Positions 42,015 to 58,760 of a DNA stretch of 64,000 bases are shown here, piece by piece. The notes beneath the pieces were generated by a model. It had not been told where the DNA came from. It worked only from the letters and a program-made list of their open reading frames with translations, and did not search any database. Origin of the DNA: the human T2T-CHM13v2.0 reference genome, Homo sapiens. The translations under genes were made by a program, and so were the position numbers. The DNA lies in the NCBI RefSeq assembly GCF_009914755.1, contig NC_060928.1; one strand, given 5' to 3'. Numbering within the stretch: position 1 is the first letter of the stretch; every line of letters starts with the position of its first letter.

Positions 42015-42475
42015 TCACTTATGTATTTTGTCAATAAACATTATTGCATGTTTTGTCTATGCTGGGTGTGAAGCTTGATTCTGGAAATACCAAGATAAAT
42101 GATAGCATCCTTAATCACAAGCAGCTCAAGCTCTAATAGGGAGACTTTATTAGAGGCACACTGCATCTCATTCATCTCCTGAGGCAGTGTGATAGGAATT
42201 AGGTAAGAAATGAGTTCTGTGGGGACACTGTATAGGGATGGAGGAATTGGTCCACAAAATCCTCCAATGAGATGAGTTTCAAAGGGATAAGAGAAGATGG
42301 TCAGATGGTAAAGGAGAGGAAGCTCATTCCATGTTTTCAGGTGATAAATTCTGTGTGTCTTTTGCTAGACTGTGAACTCCATGAGGTCAGGGTCTTACTT
42401 TGTTCAATATTGTATCTCCAGCACCTAGGACAGCACTTGGTACACATAGTCTCTCATTAGGTATCCTTGAATGAG
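42015..42475. mobile_element. L2 fragments in both orientations
   Basis: ctagactgtgaactccatgaggtcaggg...cagcacctaggacagcacttggtacacatag (plus) preceded by antisense L2 text. Confidence 0.6.
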
Positions 42476-43189
42476 TCCCTCTAAGGCATAGTATGATTTA
42501 CTCTGGTGCCTATACAAGATACAGATGGGTTTTTAAATTCATAATTTGATAGAGAAAATGAGATTTTTGAGGTTGACAATTATAATGAGAACTATAAATA
42601 ATTTACTATGCATTAATATTCAGTGAATTATACAGCCTATCTAGTGGTTTCAGATATTGATTTATAGTTTCTTCTTACTGAGGAAGTGGTTTTAACCCAT
42701 AATTAGTACTGTTAATTGATGAGATTCTGCTCAGGCTTGTTCATATCCTCTGTTGTTTGTCTCAGGGTGCTCTTAACCCATTGGTATGACCACATTCTTT
42801 TCTACTCCTTTATCTCTGATTTTTTAGTCTTTGCTTTCTCCTGAAGTCCTTTAATACCAACCAGCACACTGCAAAGTGCTGAGTGCCTATCTGCCCGCTA
42901 CTGAGAATGCCTCTGTAATGTTGCTGTCATTTTCTGTAAGTTTCCAAGATTGTCCCCTGTTCTCCTTAGCAATTGCATTCTTCTGCAAGAACAATGCCCT
43001 TTAGTGATGATAGTGAAAAGGTAACAAAAATCCCTTTGGTCAGAAGAATCATTTTGTTCTTGGAGTCTGAACTGAAAACAGAACCTAGTTTCCTGCCTGC
43101 CACCCACAAGCATAGTATAGTAGTAAGATCATAGGCTTCATGTCCAGATGCTTGGGTACAGATCCCAGCATCATGACTGACAATTCCTG

Positions 43190-43590
43190 CTGCTTTAGAT
43201 TCATTTCTTCCTTCTCCACCCTGCTCTACCCAGGAAGGCTGCTTCCATTAAAGTACATGCATGAGACCAGGCTCTGGCCCCAGTGGGATATGGCCAGTAT
43301 AAAACTCTAGCAAGAAGGTACTTATTCCCTTGGCCCTTCGTAGACATACAGCTGTCTATGCCCCTTGACACAATCTCTCTGCAATTCTGTCGGATACCCA
43401 CATACAACTCTTCCTCCCTCTCCTTTTTGGGTTCTGATAAACTCTCCCTCTTGGGAGTAGTGTTGGGGGAAGTCTAGTGGCAGAGATGATGTCAGTTTTA
43501 TTACTAATAGCTCCAGGTTCATGCAATATCCCTTGTGGTGACCCTACATGCCATCTATTAGTTCCTGTGTAAACAAACAAATGTTGCCAT
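43190..43590 (+). mobile_element. LTR33-like ERVL LTR apparently splitting a MIR (~43090-43185 and ~43615-43780)
   Basis: ccttctccaccctgctctacccaggaaggctg and atcccttgtggtgaccctac; MIR halves on either side. Confidence 0.6.
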
Positions 43591-43948
43591 TGTTTCAAGT
43601 TAGAAATCTGACTGATGCACTAACTACGTGACCCTAGGCCAGGTACTTAACCTTCTCATGCTTCAGTTTTCTCATCTGTGAAACAGAATTAACAATGATA
43701 CCTACATTATGGGGCTTGGGTTAAAATTAAATGAGAAAATTTCTGGCATATAGTAAACACTCAATAAACAATAGCTTTTAGGGCTACTATTTGTTGCATG
43801 GTGACACTTTCTGTGAAGCATAATTAGATAAATAGTTCCCTGAAGATTATTTTGTTGGCCTTTGCTTAATTATCTCAATCCCAAATCCCTGTCAGCTATA
43901 CACCTACTGTGAATCAGGACAGGAAACATATTAAGGATACAAAGTTAA

Positions 43949-44287
<339 letters not shown>

Positions 44288-44330
44288 TCAAAAACCACAA
44301 TATAAAGTGATGAGTACTAACATAGAAACA

Positions 44331-45387
44331 TAGTTATGCCTCAGGGATATGTTCTGAGAAATGTGATGTTAGGCAATTTCATCTTTTTGTAAACATAGAG
44401 TTTACTCGCACAAACCTAGACGCCTATTGCTTCTAGGCTACCAACCTGTGCAATGTTACTGCCTAAATATTGTAGGCAATTGTAACACAGTGGTAAGTAT
44501 TTGTGTATCTAAACATAGAAAAGGCACAATAAAAATATAGTATATTGGGCAACTGTGGTGGGAGGGATTGCTTGAGCCCAGGAGTTTGATACTAGCTTGG
44601 GTAATATAGTGAGATCCTCACTCTCCAAATACTAAAACTAAAAATAAATTAGCTGAGTGTGGTGGCACTTGTCTATAATCCTAGCTACATGAGAGGCTGA
44701 GACGGAGGATCAGTTGAGCCCAGGAGGTCAAGGCTGCTGTAAGCCATGATCACACTAATTCATTCCAGCCTAGGTGACAGAGCAATACCCTGTCTCAAAA
44801 AAACAAAAACAAAACAAAACAAAAACAGTATAAGAGATAAAAAATGGTACACCTGTATAAGGCACTTACCATGAATGGAGCTTGTACCACTGGAAGTTGT
44901 TCTGGGTGAGTCAGTGAGTAGTGAGTGCATGTGAAGGCCTAGGACATTACTGTACACTATGGTAGACTTTATAAACACTGTACACTTAAGTGACACTAAA
45001 TTTATAGAACAACATTTTTCTTTCTTCTATAATAAATTCACCTTAACTTACGATGACATTTTTACTTTATGAAATTTCAAATTTTTAAAATTTTTTGACT
45101 CTCTTGTAATAACACAATATAAAACACAAACACATTGTACAGTTACATAAAATATTTGTCTTTATATCATTCTACAAACTTTTTCTTTTTTAAAATTTTT
45201 TATTATTTTTTCTTTACTTTTTAAACTTTGTTGTTAAAAACTAACACAAAACTAGCCTACACCGGGTCAGGATCATCAAGATGTCACTAGGCGATATGAA
45301 ATTTTCAGCTCCATTATAGTAGTATGGGACCCCCATGGTGCATGAGGTTCGTTGTTAACCAAAATGCTGTTATGGGGTACATGGATG
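44331..45387 (+). mobile_element. Tigger3b (MER7) TcMar DNA transposon, interrupted by an Alu
   Basis: ggatatgttctgagaaatg...ggaagttgttctgggtgagtcagtgag...gttaaccaaaatgctgttatggggtacatggatg. Confidence 0.9.
44545..44826 (+). mobile_element. AluJo-like, 5'-truncated, nested in Tigger3b
   Basis: gattgcttgagcccaggagtttg...ggaggtcaaggctgc; (CAAAA)n tail. Confidence 0.88.
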
Positions 45388-45656
45388 TATTTTTAAAACT
45401 GTTATGAGAGCTCAGATGGGAAGCAGAGGAAATTCCCAAGACGATGGTAAAAAGAATTCCCTGAAATGATGGTTAATTCTGTTTGAAACCTAGAAAAAAA
45501 TCAAGTACAGGTAAAAGAAAGCAGTGAGTTTCTGAGGGCATATTCCCAGGAAAATAAAAACAGACCGACTATGAATACATTGAGAAGATAGTTATAGTTT
45601 TGCTGGAAATTTTGAGGGGATTAGTGATAGGTACATAGAAAATCAAGAGAGTAAGC

Positions 45657-46050
45657 CTGATCTCACCTATATGTGGAATCTAAAAAAGTTGATCTCATAA
45701 AAGTAGAGAGGAGAATTGTGGTTACCAGAGGCTAGGGAGGGTAGAGGGAGGGAGAAATGGTGAGAGGTTGGTCAGCAGATATAAAGTTGCAATTAGATGG
45801 GTGGAATGAATTCTGAAGTTCTATTGCACAGTAGGGGGACTATTGTTAAAACAATGTATTGTATATTTTAAAATAGGTAGAAGATTCTGAATAATCTCAC
45901 CACAAAGAAATGAGAAATGTTTGAGGTGATGGATATGCTAATTACCCAGATTTGATCATTACACAATGTATACATATATTGAAATATCACACAGTACCCT
46001 ATAAATATGTATAATTATTATGTGTCAATTAAACATTTTAAAGCTTAAAT
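45657..46050 (+). mobile_element. L1MA-type 3'UTR inside older HAL1/L1ME-like sequence (~45420-46570)
   Basis: atatgtggaatctaaaaaagttgatctcataaaagtagag...gaggtgatggatatgctaattacccagatttgatcattacac. Confidence 0.85.
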
Positions 46051-46491
46051 AAACTGAGGAGGTAAAAAAGTCAAAACAACCCAATAGAAAATAAAAAGTC
46101 TGAAGAAAGAAAATTTAATCATAGCTAGGGAATAGATACTTCAACTTTCTGATTCTATAGCTCAGCTGTGGCTAATGTTTATAAGGTACAAAAATTGAAA
46201 ACACTGACTAATTTTTTAACCTAAAATTATGGCATAGCTTTATGGCGGTGGGGGGGGTGATAAAAGGAGAAAAAGTTTAGGAATGGTTTGAGAGTGGAAA
46301 AGATACATATTAGAAATCATCATCTTCCATATAATTAGAAGTAGAAACAAAAAGAAAAACATTAAGAAATATCAGTATTAATATGTTATTCAGAAACAAC
46401 TAAGAGTTAAAGAAGGTTCATTTGAGGAACAGATACCAAGATGAGGGAGGAGAAAATGGTAATACTTTATTTCTTGGAAAACTTTGAGGTT

Positions 46492-46554
46492 AGTTTTAGA
46501 AAGTATATGAATGCATTTCTAAAACTTGAGTTTTAGAAAGCATATGAATGCATT
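46492..46554. repeat. 26-bp direct duplication separated by an inverted copy of its first 11 bp
   Basis: agttttagaaag(t/c)atatgaatgcatt twice, with tttctaaaact between. Confidence 0.9.
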
Positions 46555-46679
46555 ATTGAATAAAATAAATATAAATATGAAATTAAATACCTTACACAAA
46601 AGGAATTATATGTAAGGGAGAGGTGAGAGTGGTCCTAGAATAATAGTTTGGTAGGACATCATGAGCAATTCGCAATAGT

Positions 46680-47350
46680 AAAAAGGTTGCACTTCAGAAC
46701 TCCAAGTAGCTAATAAAAACAGGAGAATCATATGCTGATTTCCATTTTAGAGAAGAATTTCTTAGCTAATTTTGAAAATGGATAGAGTGAGGAATGAACG
46801 GTATCCAGGAAAGTAGTTATGATAGTTCAACAGGGAAACAATGAGGTTTGAAATAAGATATTGGCAATCATCACACAAAGCAAAGACATGGTTTGAGATA
46901 TTTCTTGAAGCTAAAATCAGCAGAATTTGATGATTAATTAGATGTGGGAAGTAAAAGAAATCAAAGTTAATACAGAAGCTTCTACTTTTTGGTTGATAGT
47001 GTAGATATTTGTTCTTATAACAAACATAAGAGCAAATTTATGGAATGACATGGTTTTAAAAATCTAGATGCCTGGATTACATCCAGTTAGACTGATGTAG
47101 TAGACAGTAACACAGACAATTTTAAAAATCAAGGAAAAACCTCAAAACTGGAGATAAACGATTTAAAAGCTTCTGGTGTATAAGTGGTAGTTGAAGTCAC
47201 TGTTCAAGAAAATAATGTCTGGCCAAGCTAAGGAGCATCTATATAAAGAGGATCCAGTAATGAAGCCTAAGAAATGTATTAATTCCTTATTAATTTAATC
47301 ATTCTTTCAACAAATATTTTTAAGCATCTACTATGAGCTAGGCACTGATC
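46680..47350 (-). mobile_element. L2 fragments
   Basis: aaatcagcagaatttgatgattaattagatgtgggaag; attctttcaacaaatatttttaagcatctactatgagctaggcactg. Confidence 0.65.
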
Positions 47351-48230
47351 AGTTCTTTGTAAAACTTCCATCAACATTTTCCTGTGGTTCTAAGTAAATT
47401 CTTTCTTTTAAACCTCTTAACATTTTGTGAAAATAGATGAAAATAAGAAAGACACTATGCATTTCATTATTTCACGATTATGTCATTTTACACTTATAAA
47501 AATGTAGGGAAAATACATAGTTGGAATGAAAGGAGAAGAAAAAGAAGGAATGATTGCCTTTGTAGGAACTGAAAGGTATAGAAGAACATCAGGGTATTTG
47601 GGCAACCCTGACCCATGAACTGATCCATAAAGTAGAAGAAAAATGACTTGAGAAAGACCCAATCAAAGCATCAAAACAATTGGAAAAATCAAGTAAGCTA
47701 TAGGGTCATGTAGAAATAGTAATTTGAGTATGAAAATATGGGGTGGGATGGGACCATTTTCAGGGATATTCAATTCAGCCTTCATCTTCTGTTAAGCTGA
47801 TCTATTATTTGGTATTGGAATGACATCACGGATCTTGGCTCTCTGGCACATTGTTATGTTGGTTACAGTAGCCTCAGTGTGGAACTACAGTTGAATTTCT
47901 ATCATTAAAACCCTGGCGATATGATTTGTCAGGAAGATTCAGCTGGTGTTTATTATTGATCTGCGATTGTACTACTAAATGTGTGTCAGCTTCTACAAGG
48001 ATAGATCTGGGCTTCTTTTGGCAATTAAAGGAATATAAGAGGAGAATATAAGAAGGGAGCTGGATATTTTTATATTCAGACCTACCTATATAACTATTTA
48101 ATTATTAAACATTTTTGTATTGTACCTTTATACCTCCTTCCCGCCTTCTCTTCCCTTTTCTGTTTCTTCTCTTTATTCTTTCTTGCCCTGTTCCAAGTCA
48201 GCACTAAAGCACAAACACATTAAAATAAAA

Positions 48231-48417
48231 CTGTGGTTCTCAAAGTGCAATTCCCTTGATCAGCAGAATCAGCGTCATCTGAGAGCTTGTTAAAAATGCA
48301 AATTCTTGGACATCATCCCAGACCTACTGAATCTGAAACTCTGGGGATGGGACTCAGCAATCTGTGCTTTGCAAGCCTTTCAGGTGATTCTTATGTGTGA
48401 TAAACTTAGAGAAACAC
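48231..48417 (+). mobile_element. MER5A, near complete
   Basis: gtggttctcaaagtg...cccagacctactgaatctgaaactctgggg...caggtgattctta. Confidence 0.88.
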
Positions 48418-48894
48418 CCAATAAAATGAAGAAATTGGAGACACACACACACCACAGAAAGAGAGAGACAGAGGGAGAGAATAATAAAGTAATAAGATAA
48501 TAAGATAAATCAAAAAGAGAAGTTTGAACATAGAATTGTTTTTATGGCAAACAAAAAGTTTGATTCTATGTTTTCCAAACAGATAAAAGCAAAGAAGGAA
48601 GCATTATTAATTTACGTGATTCCTTTGACACTGCATTCTATTCAAGAAAGAACCAACTTCCTTTCTCTGTTGCTCTTAGCAAAAAGATTTCTGAAGGGTT
48701 ATCTAAGTAAGATATGTTTATTTCTTATTTCTCTATTCACTCTTTAATTCATCATAGTTGGCCTCATCATCTATTGAAAACGCTCTTGATGACATCACAA
48801 GTGTAAAGTTCTCTTTCTAATATTCAGCAACATGAAACCCAACTAGTTATTCTATTCTATTCCTTTTGATAGATGCATATTAGGAATATCATCA

Positions 48895-50830
48895 ATGCAT
48901 TCACTCAGCAAATAGTTGTTGAGCGGCCAGTATGTACCAGGCACTGTGCAGGACATTGTTGATAGCATGTAGAACAAAATGAAGTCTCTACCTTTATGGC
49001 CCCTGCAAACTAAGGAGAAAGAAAGGCAATTTATTTTCTTTTTATTTATTTATTTATTTATTTATTTTTGAGACGGAGTCTCATTCTATTGCCCAGGCTG
49101 GAGTGCAGTGGCATGATCTTGGCTCACTGCAACCTCCGCCTCCAGGATTCAATTAATTCTCCTGTCTCAGCCTCCCAAGTAACTGGGATTACAGGTACCT
49201 GCCATCACATCCAGCTAATTTTTGTATTTTTAGTAGAGACGGGGTTTTCTCATATTGATCAGGCTGGTCTCGAACTCCTGACCTCAGGTGATTCACCCGC
49301 CTCGACCTCCCAAAGTGCTGGGATTACAGGCATGAGCCACCATGCCCAGCCAAAAGGCAATTTTAAAATGAAGTAAAGCATAAAGAAATAAGTACCAAGA
49401 TAGATATAGCTGCTGTGAACAAAAATAAAACAAGGCAAAGCCATAGCACCTGGAATGTATATGCTACTTTTGTTAGAGAGACCAAGGAAGATTTCTAGAG
49501 GAGTGAAATTTTAGCAGAAATCTATATGAAGTGAGAGACCAAGATTTTTAGATAGCTGAGGAAAGGCCATTTTTGGCAGAAAACATATCATACAAAAGGG
49601 CCCTAGGCAGAAACATTTTTATCAGAAGACCCATATGGCTGGAGTAGAATAAGTTATAGGGAAAATAGTGGGAATCAGGTTGGAAAAATATGCAAGAAAC
49701 AGACTATATATGTTGAAGGTAGAGGCAACAAGACTTGTGAATGGATTGAAATGAATGTGAAGTGTCATGAAAAGTAGGCATCAAGAAGAACCCCGAGGTT
49801 TTTGGCCTGAGCAATTAGGTAAATAATGTTGCATATTACATGGAAAGAAGATTTGGTTGAGGTGGTGAGACAGGATATTAAAAGAAGTTGTGTGATGGAC
49901 ATGTTCAGTTTCAGTTGTCTATGAGACCTTAGAGAAGAGAGAAAAGAATATATACACTAGTCTGAAATTCATGAAAGAGTAAAAAGTGATAATTAAGTAA
50001 ATTCATGGAACTGGATAAGATCAACTGGTGTGTGAATGCAGACAGAGAAAAGATGAGGACTAAGCCTGGGAGAACTCCAAAATTTAGAGGTCAGGAAGAA
50101 GAGAAGGAGCCAATTAAGAAGAGATTGAAGAAGCAGAATAAAACCTTGAGAATACACAGTGTCAGTGATGCAGATGAAGAAGACATTTCACAAAAAGAGG
50201 TGGTGAACAATTATGTCAAATGCCACTTGGAGTTCAAGTAAAATTTTTTAAAAATCAAAATTGACCTTTGGATTTGGAAAGATAAAATAGTTGGTGTGAG
50301 AAACAAAGCTATTTCAGCAGAGTGCTGCAGGAAAATGACTGTAATAGCTAAAGAAATATTGAGGATTCTGCTATAAGGAGAAGCAGACATGCGGGACTGT
50401 AATTAGTCTCTTTATCAAATACTAGATAGTACAGAATGTTTAAATGTTAATAGTAATGAACTTACACAAGGTAAATAAATCAATTATTTGAAAGTAACAT
50501 GAGATGAAATGAGGTCAAATGCACAAAAAGAGAGACTGGCCTCGGACAGAAGCATGGATATCCCAGCCATTATAACAGGATGAAAGGAAGAACACAGATC
50601 TAGGTGCAGATGGATCAGCACATCTGATGGGCGGAAGACACAGTGGCTCTGTTCTGATTGTTTGTATTTCCAGAGAGAAAATAATTGAATGTGAGAAAGG
50701 GTGTTCGTGAAAGTTTGATGAGAGAGAAGATATGTAAAAAAAATTGGGAGCGTGGGCGTTTATGGTCATTAATTTTTACTGAGACCAGTCATCATAGTTT
50801 CTTTTTCTAGCCAAACTCAGCTGTTGCTAT
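48895..50830 (-). mobile_element. Long L2 (L2a-like) fragment interrupted by an Alu
   Basis: cattcactcagcaaatagttgttgag...tatgtaccaggcactgtg terminus; ccgaggtttttggcctgagcaa and tttagaggtcaggaagaagagaaggagcc body. Confidence 0.8.
49033..49351 (-). mobile_element. AluS (Sx/Sz-like)
   Basis: ctcgaactcctgacctcaggtgat; (TTTA)n tail; TSD aaaggcaattt. Confidence 0.95.
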
Positions 50831-50831
50831 G

Positions 50832-50858
50832 AAAAAAAAAAAAAAAAAAAAAAAAAAA
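50832..50858. repeat. A27 mononucleotide tract
   Basis: Direct reading. Confidence 0.95.
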
Positions 50859-51644
50859 CAGAAAAGGAAAATTGGGTTGAAACGGTATCAGAATTTTCTA
50901 AACTAGATAGAAGGATGTGTGCAAGAAATTTGAAGTGCTAAACAACTGAACAATTCTGATGCTACACTGTGGAATCTAAATTTAATAAAGAGAAAAAATG
51001 AGCAAATAAAGAAGACAAGCATACTAAAATACGATGGTTTAATGGATTAGTGACTCCAAAGAGCCGAAAGGATTATTGGATTGAATATGTTAGCTAGAAA
51101 GACAAGTGATGGAGGTCAGAAAACAGTGGATAAAGACAAGATTTTGGAATTGTGCAGTCAAAGAAAGAATAGATATTTGTTTTAGAAATTTAGAAAATAT
51201 AAACAAAATCAACTTATGGAAAGCATATATATTATATGCATACACATTTGTGTACATGGGTGTGTTTCTGAAGTTAGTATTTTTCATTGATCTATATTCA
51301 TCACTGTACCAATGATATATGATGTAATTATTGTAGCTATTTTGTCTAATAGTGCAAGTTCTACTGTTTATTTCTCCTTTATAAATCATCTTATTCTTTT
51401 TTATCTTATTTTCTTTTTATTTATTTATTTATTTTTATTATTATACTTTAAGTTTTATGGTACATGTGCACAATGTGCAGGTTAGTTACATATGTATACA
51501 TGTGACATGCTGGTGCGCTGCACCGACTAACTCGTCATCTAGCATTAGGTATATCTCACAATGCTATCCCTCCCCTCTCCCCCCAACCCACAACAGTCCC
51601 CAGAGTGTGATGTTCCCCTTCCTGTATCCATGTGTTCTCATTGT

Positions 51645-55472
<3,828 letters not shown>

Positions 55473-55535
55473 TATGATGTTAGCTGGTTATTTTGCTCGT
55501 TAGTTGATTCAGTTTCTTCCTAGTCTCGATGGTCT

Positions 55536-56549
55536 TTACATTTTGGCATGATTTTGCAGCAGCTGGTACTGGTTGTTCCTTTCCATGTTTAGCACTTCCT
55601 TCAGGAACTCTTTTAGGGCAGGCCTGGTGGTGACAAATCTCTCAGCATTTGCTTGTCTATAAAATATTTTATTTCTCCTTCACTTATGAAGCTTAGTTTG
55701 GCTGGATATGAAATTCTCGGTTGAAAATTCTTTTCTTTAAGAATGTTGAATATTGGCCCCCACTCTCTTCTGGCTTGTAGAGTTTCTGCTGAGAAATCCG
55801 CTTGTTAGTCTGATCCACTTCCCTTTGTGGGTAACCCGACCTTTCTCTCTGGCTGCCCTTAACATTTTTTCCTTCATTTCAACGTTGGTGAATCTGACAA
55901 TTATGTGTCTTGGAGTTGCTCTTCTCGAGGAGTATCTTTGTGACATTCTCTTTATTTCCTGAATCTGAATGTTGGCCTGTCTTGCTAGATTGGGGAAGTT
56001 CTCCTGGATAATATCCTGCAGAGTGTTTTCCAACTTGGTTCCATTCTCCCCATCACTTTCAGGTACACCAATCAAACGTAGATTTGGTCTTTTCACATTG
56101 TCCCATATTTCTTGGAGGCTTTGTTCGTTTCTTTTTATTCTTTTTTCTCTAAACTTCCCTTCTCGCTTCATTTCATTCATTTCATCTTCCATCGCTGATA
56201 CCCTTTCTTCCAGTTGATCGCATCGGCTCCTGAGGCTTCTGCATTCTTCCCGTAGTTCTCGAGCCTTGGCTTTCAGCTCCACCAGCTCCTTTAAGCACTT
56301 CTCTGTATTGGTTATTCTAGTTATACATTCGTCTAAATTTTTTTCAAAGTTTTTAACTTCTTTGCCTTTGGTTTGAATTTCCTCCTGTAGCTCGTAGTTT
56401 GATTGTCTGAGGCCTTCTTCTCTCAACTCGTCAAAGTCATTCTCTGTCCAGCTTTGTTCCATTGCTGGTGAGGAACTGCGATCCTTTGGAGGAGGAGAAG
56501 TGCTCTGCTTTGTAGAGTTGCCATTTTTTCTGCTCTGTTTTTTCCCCAT
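55536..56549 (-). pseudogene. L1 ORF1p, frameshifted
   Basis: MGKKQSRK...RPNLRLIGVPE...PRHIIVRF open for about 250 codons, then +1 insertion near 55802 and a later -1. Confidence 0.93.
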
Positions 56550-57131
56550 CTTTGTGGTTTTATCTACTTTTGGTCTTTGATGATGGTGATGTACAGATGG
56601 GTTTTTGGTGTGGATGTGCTTTCTGTTTGTTAGTTTTCCTTCTAACAGACAGAACCTTCAGCTGCAGGTCTGTTGGAGTTTGCTAGAGGTCCACTCCAGA
56701 CACTGTTTGCCTGGGTATCAGCAGCGGTGTCTGCAGAACAGTGGTTTTTCGTGAACCGCGAATGTTGCTCTCTGATCGTTCCTCTGGAAGTTTTGTCTCA
56801 GAGGAGTACCTGGCCGTGTGAGGTGTCAGTCTGCCCCTACTGGGGGGTGCCTCCCAGTTAGGCTGCTCAGGGGTCAGGGGTCAGGGACCCACTTGAGGAG
56901 GCAGTCTGCCCATTCTCAGATCTTCAGCTGCGTGCTGGGAGAACCACTGCTCTCTTCAAATCTGTCAGACAGGGACATTTAAGTCTGCAGAGGTTACTGC
57001 TATCTTTTTGTTTGTCTGTGCCCTGCCCCCAGAGGTGGAGCCTACAGAGGCAGGCAGGCCTCCTTGAGCTGTGGTGGGCTCCAACCAGTTGGAGCTTTCA
57101 GCTGCTTTGTTTACCTAAGCAAGCCTGGACA

Positions 57132-57620
57132 ATGGCGGGCGCCCCTCCCCCAGCCTCGCTGCCACCTTGCAGTTTGATCTCAGACTGCTATGCTAGCAAT
57201 CAGCGAGACTCCGTGGGTGTAGGACCCTCCGAGCCAGGTGCAGGATATAATCTCCTGGTGCGCCGTTTTTTAAGCCCGTCAGAAAAGTGCAGTATTCGGG
57301 TGGGAGTGACCCGATTTTCCAGGTGCTGTCTGTCACCCCTTTCTTTGACTAGGAACGGGAACTCCCTGACCCCTTGCGCTTCCCAAGTGAGGCAATGCCT
57401 CACCCTGCTTTGGCTCGTGCACGGTGCACTGAACCCACTGACCTGTGCCCACTGTCTGGCACTCCCTAGTGAGATGAACCCGGTACCTCAGATGGAAATG
57501 CAGAAATCACCCGTCTTCTGCGTCACTCATGCTGGGAGCTGTAGACTGGAGCTGTTCCTATTCAGCCATCTTGGCTGCTCTCCAATCATCTTATTCTTAA
57601 CCACTTGTTCTTCAAGCTAA
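57132..57620 (+). other. L1 antisense ORF0, open and extended to 162 aa
   Basis: MAGAPPPASLPPCSLISD...VGVTRFSRC matches ORF0; frame runs through the TSD to TAA in flanking DNA; expression unknown. Confidence 0.7.
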
Positions 57621-58108
57621 AATTTTAAGTAATGAAAGATACCCACTTGTGTTTTGCTTAGAATTTCAGCACAGTTATTTCATAACTTTTGTTCAACGAT
57701 GTAGTCTTTTCATTTTGTTTTTATGTTATTCTAGAAATTTATTTTACACAAAATATTTTGCAAAATGTTATTATTCTAATAAAAAATAATGCAAGTAAAG
57801 ATTGCCTGCACAATAGCTAATGGGTTATTACTAGCATAAAACCCATCTTTTCTGTATAAATATTTTGTATTGGATCAACTTATTGAACTGTCTTAGAAGT
57901 TTTTTAATTCACTCTTTTGGATTTTCTAAGTAAATTACCAGTTCATATATAAATATAATAATTTTATTTTCTTCTTCCAAGTACTTAAAGCTCAATTTTT
58001 AAGAATTTTCAATCCCTGGACATCCTAGAACATTTTGGATACTAATATTGAGACAAGATATTCTTAAATTATTCTTAATTTCACCGGCAATTCAAAATAA
58101 AGCCATTT

Positions 58109-58455
<347 letters not shown>

Positions 58456-58559
58456 CTAGGAGAGAAAAAAACAATGATTCCCCCTGAGAAATCAATCCCC
58501 AACCATTGCAAAATGAACAAGCCAGCTATATGCAAAATTCTTAGTTTCTTATGGTAAAT

Positions 58560-58760
58560 AACTACAGATTGCAAAGTGGCTGCAATTATCCACTTTGTCC
58601 TTTGTCCATGACCTTTTGCAATGACATTTGGTTCCTCCCATCAAGAGAAGAAGTCACTCTGCCCTGCCTCTTGAGTCTGGACTGGCCTGCAACCTGCTTT
58701 GGCCAACAGGATGTGGAAAATAAAAGTGTGCTTGTTCTGAGCCCAAGCCTCCAACAGGAA
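58560..58760 (+). mobile_element. MLT1F/G/H-like LTR 5' fragment
   Basis: tcctcccatcaagag...cttgagtctggactggcctgcaacctgctttggccaacaggatgtgg. Confidence 0.7.
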
